A stretch of DNA of 64,000 bases from Malacoraja senta (taxonomy: Eukaryota). The DNA lies in contig CM075990.1 in the NCBI GenBank assembly GCA_038087875.1, positions 4,280,001 to 4,344,000 on the forward strand. Direction: 5' to 3'. Below the pieces are notes generated by a model, which saw only the letters and a program-made list of their open reading frames with translations, was not told the DNA's origin and searched no databases. How positions within the stretch are numbered: position 1 is the first letter of the stretch; the number at the start of each line of letters is the position of its first letter. Below, one piece after another: positions 11,685-24,627 of this stretch. The translations under genes were made by a program, and so were the position numbers.

Positions 11685-12617
11685 GGAGGGGTAGAGGGGT
11701 GGGGGCAGAGCTAACTGCTGGGCAACTGAAGACAGTGGTTGATGATTTAACCCCGTTTATTATTGCCGCGTGTACCGAGGTACAGTGAAAGGCTTTTGTT
11801 TGCCTGCTGTCCTGTCAAAGAAAGGACTTTGCGCGAAAACAATGAAGCCGTCCACAGCGCAGAGATCAAGGGTAAAATAACGCCGGTGACTGAGGGGAGA
11901 CCTGGTAGGAATATATACAATCATGAAAGGCATAGATAGGGTGGTCTTGGCATCATGTTGGGCACAGACGTTGTGGGCCGAAGGGCCTGTTCTTGTGCTG
12001 TACAGCTCTGTACAGGTCATGATGCACATGACGAGGGCAATGAATCATGGTTTGCTGATGAAAGGAGGAGCTGGAGAGTGAGTCTGCTCTGTTCATCATG
12101 AGTCTGTTACAGGTGGCAAAGTGTGTTGAGAATCACAGGCTTCAAGCTCCTTAGGGTTAAGGAGGCCTTAATGTATGAAGGTCATGAATGTGTGGAGGCC
12201 AAGTCAGTGGATATTTTTAAGGCAGAGGTAGATAGATTCTCGATTAGTCCGGGTGTCCGGGGTTATGGGGAGAAGGCAGGAGAATGGGGTTAGGAGGGAG
12301 AGATAGATCAGCCATGATTGAATGGCGGAGTAGAGTTGAGGAGCCGCAAGGTCTAATTCCGCTCCCTATCACGTATGAACTTTATAAAGCATGGTCAGAC
12401 GTCAGCAGGAGCGCTGTGGGCAGATCAGGAGAGGCTGGGAAAGGGAGACAGAGGGGTTTGTGCAATGTTCCTCGGGATGGGAAGCCTCAGCATTGAGGAG
12501 AGGCTGGATGAGTTAGGATGGTTTTCTTGGACAGAGGTTTTGATAGAGGGGACAGACAGACAGAAGCCTTTCCCTCTAGGGTGTTTGGAGAAGCAGGAGG
12601 CACAGATGGACATTTAC

Positions 12618-13090
12618 AAGAATGATCCCAGGAATGACTGGGTTAACATATGATGAGCGTTTAACAGCTCTGGGCCTGTACTCGCTGGAGTTTAGAAGGA
12701 TGAGGGGGGACCTCATTGAAACTTACCGAATAGTGAAAGGCCTGGATAGAGTGGATGTGGAGAGGATGTTTCCATTAGTGGGAGAGTCTAGGACCAGAGG
12801 CCATAACCTTGGAATAAAAGGATGAGCCTTTAGAAAGAGGAGGTTTTTCTTTAGTCGGAAGGTGGTGAATCTGTGGAATTCATTGCCACAGTAGGCTGTG
12901 GAGGCCAAGTCAATGGATATTTTTAAGGCAGAGGTAGATAGATTCTTGATTAGTACGGGTGTCAGGGGTTATGGGGCGAAGGCTGGAGAATGGGGTTAGG
13001 AGGGAGAGATAGATCACCCATGATTGAATGTCGGGGTAAACTTGATGGGCCGAATGGCCTAATTCTGCACCTATCGCTTGCGTGTTTATG
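12618..13090 (+). mobile_element. CR1 LINE 3' fragment
   Basis: MIPGMTGLTYDERLTALGLYSLEFRRMRGDLIETYRIVKGLDRVD plus 3' UTR gggccgaatggcctaattctgc. Confidence 0.88.
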
Positions 13091-14644
13091 AATTCAGCGA
13101 GTCTGTAGCTGGAGGGGAGTTGAGGAGAGTAGAATGGTGCATTAATCCATCTCCTGAAAATGTGCTGGAGAATAATACTATTAATGGTCTGAAAAGGAGT
13201 TGGATAGGTTATTGTACGGGTAAGGAACATGCAGGGATACATACAGACAGGATGGGATCAAGCCAGAGAAGGAACTTACAAAAATTCCAGGGATGAGGTC
13301 TAAAATTCATAACACAGAACAGTGAAGCACAGGAACAGGCCCTTCAGCCCACAATGGTTGTGTTGAACATGATGCCCAGCAACATAGACAATAGGTGCAG
13401 GGGTAGGCCATTCGGCCCTTTGAGCCAGCACCGCCATTCAATGTGACCATGGCTGATCATCCAAAACCATTGGACGGGGTAACACGCTGATACTTTCTAA
13501 ACAAACATAAATGAACCGACCTACAACTCCCAAAATAACCTGAATTCTAGTTTAATTTAGCTTAGTTTAGTGGTACAGCACGGAAGCAGGCCCTTCGGCG
13601 CTGAACCAGTGATCCCTGCACACTAACACCATCCTACACACACTGGGGACAATTTACAATTTTACCAAAGCCAAATTAACCTCAAAACCCGTACGTCCTT
13701 GGAGTGTGGGAGGAAACCGAAGCACCCGGAGAAAACCCACGCAGGTCACAGGGAGAATGTACCAACGACTTACTGACAGCACCCGTAGTCAGGATCGAAC
13801 CTGGGTCCCTGGCGCTGTGAGGCAGCAGCTCTACCGCTGCCCCACTGCCACCAGTCTAAAATACATAACTTTAAATTCCTAACAGAGCAGTTTTGAAGTA
13901 AACTGGTCTAATTTGATGCCACTGTGAATTTGGAAAAGGCACATCACACTGAAGTGAGGAACTGCCTTGGGTTCTCCATCTACATTGGGCTCAGGTTCAC
14001 AGTCAAGTTGACCTTTCCAAGTGAAGGCCTGTCTTAGTCACACCCAATATGTGGGCAACTCCAAGGTCCAAGCTCCTGTGAACCCCTCTAATGTCAGGCC
14101 ATTTTAAAGGCTAGGATGCTTCACTATCACCGGTCATTGACAAGACACTCTTACCAACAAAGCACTAAAGACGAATGCAGCCGAATCATCGGAACATATT
14201 ACCATCCAGTCCTGACAGTGGACGTCTCTTTCCAAGAGAAGTCTAACTCCTGGATAACTAGGAACCAAGTCAGCGATGACCTTCGATAAGCTGCGTAGAT
14301 GGAAGTAGACTCCTTAAAAATCCTGGTTGGACTTTGATAAGATGGACGGAAGTGATGCAGGTGTGACACGTGGGCAAATAGACTTCCTGAGAATTGTGCA
14401 AAATAATAAACTTGAAGATTGTGTTCCATGGCACGAGCCGAAACAGAAAGAGGCCTCAGGTAAACTGCTTGTCTGGTGGTGACATAGGGAAATCTCCACC
14501 CTACGGCGGGCTGTGCCTTTCCCAAGCCAACACTAACCCACCCTCCTGGCATTGATGCTCCTGGTGGCTGCCTGACTACTGACCGCATGCCTCGCACATT
14601 GACACTTGCCGATGCCTTGTGTTGCCGGGGTGACTTGCTCTGAC

Positions 14645-15280
14645 ATCTATCTCTCTATCTCTCTCGCTCTCTCTCTCTCTCTCTCGTCTCCCCCTCGCTC
14701 TCTATCTCCCTTTCGTCCTTCCCTTTCTCCCTCTCCTCTCTCTCCCTCTCCCTTTCCCCTCCACTCTCCCTCCCTCTTCCCTCTCTTTGTCTCTCCCTCT
14801 ACCTCCCCCTCCCATCTCCCCCTCTCTCCCTCTCTCTCCCTCTCCCTTTCCCCCTCCCCTCTCTCCCTCTCTCCCTCTCTCTCCCTCTCCCTTTCCCCCT
14901 CCACTCTCCCTCCGTCTTCCCTCTCTTTCTCTCTCCCTCTACCTCCCCCTCCCCTCTCCCCCTCTCTCCCTCTCCCTCTCCCCCTGTCCCTCTTCCCCCC
15001 TAATCTCTCCCTCCCCCTCTCCCCTCTCCCCCTCTCTCCCTCTCCTCCCTATCTCTCCCTCTCCCTCTCTCTCCCTCTCCCCCTCTCTCCCTCTCCCTCT
15101 TCCCCCCTAACTCTCCCTCTCCCCTCCCTCTCTCTCCCTCTCCTCCCTATCTCTCTCCCTCTCCCCTCTCCCCCTCTCCCCTCTCTCTCCCTCTCCTCCC
15201 TATCTCTCTCCCTCTCCCCTCTCTCCCTCTCCCCCTCTCTCCCTCTCCCTCTCTCTCCCCCCACCCTCCCTCTCTCTCGC
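14645..15280. repeat. CT-rich polypyrimidine low-complexity tract
   Basis: Direct reading. Confidence 0.95.
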
Positions 15281-16144
15281 GCGCGTTTGTTCCTCCTTCT
15301 CCCTCCGAGCCAACACCAGTCACTTCATTGCCCCAAGTTCACTGACATCTAATTCCTTCATTCTACTGACACCCACCCCATCCCATCCCCCCCTCCCCTC
15401 CCCGGAAGGCTCCACTTTGGCAGCACTCTGGCGGCATTGATCCGTTTAACCATCGATTACTAATTTTTTTTGTGGAAAATTGCCTGTGAAGCCCCGATTC
15501 TCGGTCGTTATCAATTTGCGTGTATTTTTCCATCACTGAATCCACTCTCCATTGCCAAGTAAATCGACATTTAACGGCTCTTCTGAGAATGGATTTTCAA
15601 CAAATACAAAACCTCTCACCTTTTTTGCGTGAAAGCAATTTTTGAATGGAATGGCCGCGAGGTGGCAACTTCTTGATGACATGGGAGGTGTAAAGGAGGG
15701 AGTGTAGACATGGGTCATTGTGTACACCAGCACACTCAGCATCAACAGAGCCCAGCTGGAGTGTTCCTATCTGTCAGAGGCTTCCACTCTACAAGTCATG
15801 CATGGTTTACCCGCTCCGTACATGACCTGGCTCCACATGTTGTTGACCCAATCCTCGGGAGCAGCGAGCAGGGTTGTGTGTCCGACGTGAGCCTGTGTTC
15901 TTCCCAATCTGTGACTGTGCCCTTTGCTTTGATGTTGTGTCAAGTCCGTGTGCAGTATACTTGTTTGCGCTGCGGTTTACTCTGCAAGGCCGTTCCCTGC
16001 ACGTCAGCTTCTGAGAGTGGCTGCTTTGGAAGGTAGCCGGCTGACACTGCAACTCCCTAATCATTTGCCGGCGCTTCTTGCCTTTGCTGAAGGCTCCTCC
16101 TAATTCCACTTTAAGTAGGGGGACCGCACGTTAAGAATGGGGTC

Positions 16145-16565
16145 GACTGGGCTTGTATTCGCTGGAATTTAGAAAGATGAGAGGGGATCTTCGAGAAACA
16201 TAAAATTCTTAGAGGATTGGACAGGGTAGATGCAGGAAAAAGGTTCCCGATGTTGGGGGAGTCCAGAACCAGAGGTCACAGTTTAAGAATAAGGGGGAGG
16301 CCATTTAGGACTGAGATGATTAAAAACTTTTCACCCACAGAGTGGTGAATCTGTGGAATTCTCTGCCACAGAAGGCAGTGGAGGCCAATTCACTGGATGT
16401 TTTCAAGAGAGTTAGATTTAGCTCTTAGGGCTAATGGAATCAAGGGATTTGGAGAGAAAGCAGGAACGGGGTACTGATTTTGGATGATCAGCCATGATCA
16501 TATTGAATGGCGGTGCTGGCTCGAAGGGCTGAATGGCCTACTCCTGCACCTATTGTCAATGCTTC
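16145..16565 (+). mobile_element. CR1 LINE 3' fragment
   Basis: Similar to the other CR1 copies, ending gaatggcctactcctgcacctatt. Confidence 0.85.
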
Positions 16566-18507
16566 TATTAGCAATGTGAGCAAGCAAGGCAGCTTAACTT
16601 TCTAGGGCGAAAAGAAGCATAGATCCAGTCCATCCCCCCCCACCCCGGGCCAAGCCCACTCTCAGTCTGAAGAAGAGTCTCGACCCGAAACATCACCCAT
16701 TCCTTCTCCCCAGAGATGCTGCCTGTCCCGCTGAGCTACGCCAGCTTTTAGTGTCTATCTTCCGTTCTTGAAACTATTTCTTCCAAGTTAAGTGAGAAGA
16801 ATCGGCAACAGATAGATATTTACAAACTGAGGCAAATAGGAAGATTTAAATTGGCCGAAGATTTCAGTGTTAGGTCCAACGAGCACAACTTAACCTTTGC
16901 CTCGAAGACAGACACAAAATGCTGGAGTAACTCAGCGGGACAGGCAGCGTCTCTGGAGAGAAGGAACGGGTGGAGTTTCAGATCGAAGAGGGTCTCGTCC
17001 CGAAATGTCATGCATTCCTTCTCTCCGGGGATGCCGCCTGACCCGCTGAGTTACTCCAGCATTTTGTGTCTACCTTCGGTGTAAACCAGCATCTGCAGTT
17101 CCTTCCGACACACTTAACCTTTGCCTCGTCGGGGTTAGACATTAGTTGTGGGAGACAAGGAATGATAGATGTGACGTGGGCCCAAGAGGGTGACCCCAGT
17201 CTAATGTAAACATTAAGGGTCACAGAGTCATGGGCAGAAGGTTCTGCTGACTAGGAGAAACCTTGGTTGGAGTTTAGTCTCTGGTGTGAGGGGTGAAGAG
17301 ATGGGTTTGGGGATCACAAGCAAAGCCCTGGTCCTCCATTTTAGCCTCACGCATGCAAAGCACTTCCTCCCTGCACTGACCCCATGTAAAGCACTTCCTC
17401 CCTGCACTGACCCCATGCTTTTTGCTCTTGCGCCACCTTCTCTGCACGATTTCTTTCTCTAGGCACGTTTTTCCTCTGCTCTCCGTAAATTCTGGCAGCT
17501 GCGACATTTTCCATGAGCTCCGCTGTAACGGCATGTGCATGCTCGGAGACCGCCCTGTGTCTATAACATTCGCGGTGATTCACCCACTGATCCATCATCC
17601 CGCTCGGCGGTCTGGTCTGCATTAACACATCCAACCCTCGCCCCCTCCCAATGCCAGGGGGTCCTGATTTCTCTATGTTAAGACTGCAAGCAGACTCAGT
17701 TTAGATTAAAGAGCGGGCCTCGGATAAAGCCCTCTGTGCGTGGGACCTGCCTCTAACTGCAGTGGCTGAGAAAGACAATATGGCTGTACCTGCCTCTAAA
17801 AGAGTTGTGAACTAAAATCAGCATGAAATCAGCTACGATCTTATCGTTCTCACCTTTCCTTTCAGCCGCTGTTGTCTCTTTCTCTTGTTTTTGTCTCTTC
17901 CCCTGCCGGCTTTTACGGTGCCTCTTCTCTGGTCCGTATATTCTACCATCACGGGGTCAGGGGTTATGGAGAAGAAGGCAGGAGAATGGGGTTAGGAGGG
18001 AGAGATAGATCAGCCATGATTGAATGGCGGTGTAGACTTGATGGGCCGAATGGCCCAATTCTGCTCCTATCGCTTATGAACCCCAAGTTCGGAGACACCC
18101 TTCTCTCCTTCTGTGGCGGGATGTGGAGAATGTTGTTATTCCCCAGTTATCTTGCCGTGGGGTGCAATGGGTTCAGTATTGGTGAGGCAGAAGCGCGAGG
18201 TGCATGGGGAGGAATGAGGAGGGAAATAGCAACAACCAGCTCTCCACACACACAGTCACGGCGGGGCTCGACTAGCAGACTCAGCCAAACCTGAACCAGA
18301 CCAGCCCCACTGTTAACTGGAGCAAACCATGCTTGGTGTGATAAGATGATGGTTAAATAGGATTATTAAATATTGGGGAGCAATTGATCAGCAAGTGTGT
18401 TTGACACTGCATTTATTCCCTGAGCGTGAACGTTACTGTTTTCAAGCTGGAGCCAAAACCAATTGTGTAGTTCTCCAAAATCAGGAACGTGGGGTCTCTT
18501 TTGGAGG

Positions 18508-18940
18508 TAGGCCTGTACTCGCTGGAGTTTGGAAGGATGAGGTGGGATCTCATTGAAACTTACCGAATAGTGAAAGGCCAAGACAGAGTGGATGTGGAGA
18601 GGATGTTTCCACTAGTGGGAGAGTCTAGGACCAGAGGCCACAGCCTCAGAATAAATGGACGTACCATTAGAATGGAGATGAGGAGGAATTTCTTTAGTGG
18701 TGAATCTGTGGAATTCATTGCCACAGACGGCTGTGGAGAACATCTTTGGGTATTTTTAGTGTAGATTGATATTTCTAAGGCAGAGATTAATAGATTCTTA
18801 ATGCGAGTGGGTGTCTAAGGTAACAGGGAGAGGGCAGGAAAATGGGGTTGAGAAGGAAAAATAGATCAGCTATGATTGCATGGTGGAATAGACTCGATGG
18901 GCTGAATGGCCTAATTCTGCTCCTCTGTCTTATGTTCTTA
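18508..18940 (+). mobile_element. CR1 LINE 3' fragment
   Basis: GLYSLEFGRMRWDLIETYRIVKG... Confidence 0.85.
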
Positions 18941-21900
18941 TAGGCCGGTCACAAAACACAACCAAGTCCCACTGTTCAGGGGTCTGGCCCTTTTAAAAAA
19001 TTGTTGAGACACAAATTCAGGCCCTCACTGATCAAGTGGCAGAGGGGAATTTTGGTACAAACGGTAAGCTTAGTTTAGTTTCGAGATACAGCGTGCAATC
19101 AGGCACTTCAGCCCACCGAGTCCACGCCGACCCGTGATCACCCATTCACACTAGTTACATCCTGGACACTTGGGACAATTTACAGAAGGCAATTAACCTA
19201 CAAAGCTACACGACGTTGGGATGTGGGAGGAAACCGGGGAGGTCACAGGGAGAACGTGCAAACTCCGTATAGACAGCACCCGTAGTCAGGATTGAACCCG
19301 GGTCTCTGGCGCTGTAAGGCAGCAACTCCGTGCCGACCCCAGTTATGGTTGTGTTTTGTGACGGGTATCGTGCGGAACTTGGAGGGTTATCTGACACAAC
19401 TCATTCATGAGTTTGTTGCAGTTTGATATTCCACGTCCAAGCTGGCCATTTATTGAACTGTACAGAACCGGAAAGACAGTGGGTTCGTAGCTGGAAGTCA
19501 GCAGATCAGTAGGAATCAAAATGCAGGTTAAATGTAAATAATAATCTGTTTATTTAGTTGTTTTTTCTGTTGCCTTATCCAACCAGTTTGATGAGTAGAG
19601 AAGGCAGGTCAGCCTCCATGGGTGGACAGGGATTGTCTCAGTCAGATGCACTGAGCTCCAGGCTGACTACTACGGTGTTTGTGGTCTGCGCTGTGCAGTG
19701 GCTGGTTGTGTGTGTCCGTGTTTGGCTGCCCTGTGTCCCCTGTGAAACCCTGTCTCCGTGCTAAAGCTGTTGCTAGAAGACGTCACTTCTCCACTCTGGG
19801 TCGCGGCCACAGTGCGATGCGAGACCTCCTCTCGCCTCCGTATTAATCTGCAACTGTCTTCCCAAATCTGGAATCTGCTGATGGACTGAAGTGTCTCAAA
19901 ATGGTCGGGCAAAATTGGTCGGTCTTGGGTGGCGGAGGAAACGGGACGGTCTGGGTGAACGCCTGGAAGTCTGATGACCATCCTGACATCCGCCCAAGGC
20001 CAACCAAAAACCCAACGGACCATTTGAGGAGTCTTCTATTTGTGTGTTGCCTGGGAAATTGGTCAGCCTTGGGTAGTGGAGAAACGAACCCCTTTCAAAC
20101 TGAAGGGGTCTGATGTCCATCCTTACCTCCGCCCAAGGACAACCAAAAGCCCACTTGAGGGGCTCCTCTATTCTCCCGCCGCCACCAAGAATTCTAGCAA
20201 CAGCCATTTGTTTTCTCCTGTCCTCTGTCCTCCGCAGTTGTCTCCTCAAAAGTCCCGTCACCTCACCCCTCCCCCCCCAGCTCCGACACTTCAGGGCCAC
20301 CCCACTCATGCTCCACACACATGTGCATGTAGAGGGCTTAGCAACAGAGGGGTGGGATGGCTAGACATTGACCCAAAGGCCTAGATGCTGCTGGAAGCCT
20401 GAAGACAAGTTGCCACCTCGCTACCTCTCCTGGTTGTTGATCGTTTTTTTTTGTCCCACGACAAATGTCGGCACCACAGAAATAAAGGCAGCCTAAAATA
20501 CCATCGTTGGACAGTGTGTTTTTTTTGTGTGTCAACTAATCACATGCCTGCATGGGTCTGCAACTCCTCAGCACCTCGGCACAAGTTCACCAACTTTATT
20601 TTGATCCATCAGGTTTTTCTTGAGCTTGTCTCCTCGCCTCCGGCCTGCCGACCGAGGCGGCTCCACAGTTGTGTGTGTGTGTGCGCGTCACCCCCCAACT
20701 TGCACTGCTCGATCCGCGGCACAGCCTCACTCCGCGCCCTGCTGCCACCCGCCCCACACCGTCACGGAAAGGACAGACGCCCGTGGGCACGAGTCTCCGG
20801 TGCCAAGAGGTCCCAACCCTGTATGAGTTCCGGCTCGTCTCCAGTGGCAGAGGGTCCGCTGTTGTTTGGCCAAGCTGGAGTCCAAACTGGAGGTCAGACG
20901 TTCTTTCCAAACGAGAGGACCATTTGCCCCCTGTGACATGGAGGTGCAACATTTGAGGTCAGCAACTCTATTGAACTTTCAAACCCTCAAGGCCTCTTGA
21001 CTCGTGGACTTTGCGGAGATGGGACCAAGGTCCTGCTGGGTTGTGGGGGTGCTGTTAGACCTGCCCCACGTAGGTTGTTTGCTACGGCGTGACCACAGGG
21101 GGCAATCCAGTGTTCCAGCACCAGAGACCTTCGGTTGGTGGGCTCCATATTGCACTGTTGACTGGTACAGGTCCCTGCACAAAGTAGCCTGAGCTAGCAA
21201 CGGTGTAGATGTGGGTGGGAGAGTGTGTGTGTACCATCCCTCCAACCACAGCGGTGGGAGGAAGGGACATCAACTTCTCCGTTGGCCACCCAGGCTGGCA
21301 CCAGTGTTGGTGGACCTGGTCATTCCTGCGCTGGAAGAATATTGATTCCGACATTGCCAAGGCGGTAACTGCATCTCTGATGCACTCAAGCATTTGGCGA
21401 AGAATATCGGTTGCATTGTAGCAGGCCAGGGTGAAGCTGGAGGTCCTCCTAACTCAGTACGTTGACCAGCTGCTGGGAGGTGCCAGAGGTTCTAGTCCAT
21501 CCTTGCTGTGCGAGCTTGCGGAGATAGTTGGTGCCTTCTCAATCATTCCATCCAGGCATGAGTCTTCACCTCTCCCCAGCGGAGAAGGCCATGTGGTTCA
21601 TCGACAGGGGGCCCAGAGGCAGCTGTCTGTTTCTATCTTCATGAAACCTCCTGTGACTTCGGTCAACCTCTGTGTAAAACGGAGATTCATCGCTCTTCAC
21701 CTGTTGTATCATGGACGGAGCGTACAGCTGGGTTGTGGTGTGCTGTCGTCAATCAGGAATTACAGCCAGACACTCGGCCATCTGTTCTCAGGCAGTGGGG
21801 GCCTGTTTATGAGCAGCCTGGTTCTTCAGGAGTTTCTGTTTTGTCATTCTGGTTGCACTGCCTCTAGTCCCTTCAGCCTCCTTCTTCCTGCTATCACCTA

Positions 21901-21954
21901 GAGCCTGCTGAAAATAGGTGATGCACAGGCGTTGTCCCGTGTGTGTGCGTGTGT

Positions 21955-22430
21955 GTCTTTACCTGTCCCTCTCTGCCTTCCTCTCTTTATCATCCCCTCT
22001 CACTATCTTCCCCTCTCTCTCTCTACCACTCTCTACCTCGCTCTCTGTCTCGCTCTCTCTCTACCTCTCTCTCTATCTCTGCTCTTCCTCTTTAACCCCA
22101 ATTCCTACCTCTCTCACCACCCCCCCTCTTCCTTCCTATTTCTACCCCCCTCTCTAACCCTCTCTCTCTCTCTACGTCTCTCCCTCCATCTCTACCTCCC
22201 TTTCTCTATTTCTACCTCCGTATCTCCATTTCTCTCTACCTCTCTCTACCTCCCTCACCACCTCTCTTGCTACCTCCCCCTTTCTGCCTTCCTCTCTCCC
22301 TACCTTCCTCTCTCTATTTTTACCAGTCACCCTCTCCCTCCCTCTCCCTCCCTCTCCCTCTCTCCATCTCTACCCCATCCTCTCTCCCAAACCCCCATTT
22401 GTATTTCCCCTTCTGTTCACACTCTCTGTA
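21955..22430. repeat. CT-rich low-complexity tract
   Basis: Direct reading. Confidence 0.9.
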
Positions 22431-22679
22431 TTTCAGACAGGTCACTGCCAGTGTGAGCTGTACAGTGTCAGTGATTCACACCACTGTGGCCCCACTCACA
22501 AGAGAATCAACCTCTGTCTCTACCTCCATTTTACATCCAGGGATGGTGTTTGGAGCAGCATTTGACTTGCATCTTATGTCTAATCATAACAATAATTACA
22601 TAATTTACAATATATATTTTGTGGATGAGATAAATCTCACTGGTACTGCAGGTGAAGCACAATATCACATGTGTACTGT

Positions 22680-23402
22680 GGGCGAGGTGCCATCTTCCAC
22701 ATGTGCACTGAGGGAGAAGTGCCATCTCACGTGGGTGTAGCGTTGATGAGGTGCCATCTGTGTGTATGGCGGGTGAGGTGCCATCTTGAGTGTACTGAGG
22801 GTGAGGTGCCATCTTGAGTGTACTGAGGGTGAGGTGCCATCTTGAGTGTACTGAGGGTGAGGTGCCATCTTGTGTGTATGGCGGGTGAGGTGCCATCTTG
22901 AGTGTACTGAGGGTGAGGTGCCATCTTGAGTGTACTGAGGGTGAGGTGCCATCTTGAGTGTACTGAGGGTGAGGTGCCATCTTGAGTGTACTGAGGGTGA
23001 GGTGCCATCTTGTGTGTACGGCGGGTGAGGTGCCATCTTGAATGTACTGAGGGTGAGGTGCCATCTTGAGTGTACTGAGGGTGAGGTGCCATCTTGAGTG
23101 TACTGAGGGTGAGGTGCCATCTTGAGTGTACTGAGGGTGAGGTGCCATCTTGAGTGTACTGAGGGTGAGGTGCCATCTTGAGTGTACTGAGGGTGAGGTG
23201 CCATCTCGAGTGTACCATGGGTGAGGTGCCATCTTGAGTGTACTGAGGGTGAGGTTCCATCTTGAGTGTACTGAGGGTGAGGTGCCATCTTGAGTGTACT
23301 GAGGGTGAGGTCCCATCTTGAGTGTACTGAGGGCGAGGTTCCATCTTGAGTGTACTGAGGGTGGGGTGCCATCTTGTGTGTACTGAGGGTGGGGTGCCAT
23401 CT
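22680..23402. repeat. 28-bp minisatellite (GAGGGTGAGGTGCCATCTTGAGTGTACT), about 24 units
   Basis: Period 28; variant units contain GTGTAYGGCGG. Confidence 0.95.
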
Positions 23403-23551
23403 TCTCCCCTGCAGGAGTGAGTCTTCACTGACCTGTTTGTGACCTGCTTGCTCGCAGCCTCACTGAGGCTCCGCTCTCCCCTGTCCTCCCTGGGAGATGA
23501 CTTGCCGATCCTCCAGTACTGAGGGTTACCTGTAAAACCAGAGCACCATAT

Positions 23552-23824
23552 GGGCGGCACGGTGGCGCAGCGGTAGAGTGGCTCTCTTACAGCGCCAGAG
23601 ACCCGGGTGGTGTCTGTACGGAGTTTGTAAATTCTCCCTGTTACCGCGTGGGTTTTCTCTGGATGCTCCGCTTTCCACCCACATCCCAAAGACGTGCAGG
23701 TTTGTAGGTTAATTGGCTTTTGTAAATTGTCCCTGGTGTGTTGGATAGAACTAGTATGCAGGTGATCGATGGTCGGCACAGACTGTGGGCCGAAGGGCCT
23801 GTTTCCATCCCTGAACTAAACTAG
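23552..23824 (+). mobile_element. V-SINE/HE1-like SINE, + strand; others at ~26318-26622, 28440-28625, 42928-43215, 62312-62600
   Basis: ggcggcacggtggcgcagcggtagag head, V-domain, gggccgaagggcctgtttcc tail. Confidence 0.85.
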
Positions 23825-23878
23825 GGGGTGGGAGGTTGCAACCTTCACGTGGTCCGTCCTGTTTCAACTAATGCAATC
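23825..23878 (+). ncRNA. Minimal HDV-like (CPEB3-type) self-cleaving ribozyme motif
   Basis: P1 GGGGTGG/CCGTCCT, P2 GGTTGCA/TGCAATC, P3 ACC/GGT, L3 TTCACGT, GT after P1, vestigial P4, J4/2 CTAA. Confidence 0.75.
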
Positions 23879-23966
23879 AACTCGACGTGCACAAACAGAA
23901 GATCAAATAGAACAAGTTGTCCAACAACTTTAGGCTGTGCACGCCACACGGAAGAAGAAGAAGAAG
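23825..23966 (+). mobile_element. Short non-autonomous retroelement with a 5' HDV/CPEB3-like ribozyme and a (GAA)n tail
   Basis: TSD CTAAACTAG at 23816-23824 and 23967-23975; ribozyme fold at 23825-23878; GAAGAAGAAGAAGAAG tail. Confidence 0.8.
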
Positions 23967-24627
23967 CTAAACTAGCTGGTGAAGAGAGGAAGGCCAGTGT
24001 TAAATCATACAGATTTATCTGAAGACTATGTGTTGCTATGGAGAGTTCTGGAGATGTGAAGGTTGTTGTGGTTTTGGCCCACAGTCAGAGTGTAGTTTCG
24101 TTTCGTTTGGTTGAGTTTAGTTTATTGCTGGGTGCACCGAGGTGCAGTGAAAAGCTTGTTTTGTTGCAAGCTATCCAGTCAGTGATGTGGTGATCTTGCC
24201 TTGACTTCACTCCCCACAAACGTCCCTTGTTGTCTGGGCTTTCAGAGTTCCTTGTTAAAGCCAGCAAGAAGTCATGAGATGCAGAGAGAAGGCGAGCGAT
24301 ACGCCAGTGAAGGACAGGAAATGCCTTGGTTCATGAAAGCCCGGGGGAATAGTATATTCCTGGGTGGTGTCTGTGGTAAAGCGGTGGCCACGGAGACCGA
24401 TGGATGTGAGGTGGGTCGGAGGCGAAGGTTTTGATCAGGGGTGCCGTGCTATGGTGTTGCTGACTCGGGACGCTGGGCTGCAGCGTCCCACTGTGGACAA
24501 TGACCTGACCTGTGATAGTCAGTGTGATGTTTGGTGGACTGTGTGGGGTGGGAGGACCCGTTGCTCCTCCCGTGCAGCAGGTGGCGCTGCACAGGACAAA
24601 GGGAGATGTCTTGTATATCGTTTTTTC

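Noticed and set aside
17463..17625. Strong-looking acceptor after a 31-bp tandem duplication
   Set aside because: No frame-preserving donor and no LDB3 similarity.
22441..22456. cag|GTCACTGCCAGTG encoding SLPV, resembling the start of the missing LDB3 exon
   Set aside because: A stop follows immediately and there is no further similarity.
23552..23610. tRNA-like sequences
   Set aside because: These are SINE heads followed by a V-domain and LINE tail, not tRNA genes.
22531..23779. 235-350 aa repetitive ORFs, or a CRISPR-like array
   Set aside because: Artefact of a 28-bp tandem repeat; no spacers or cas genes, and the context is a eukaryotic intron.
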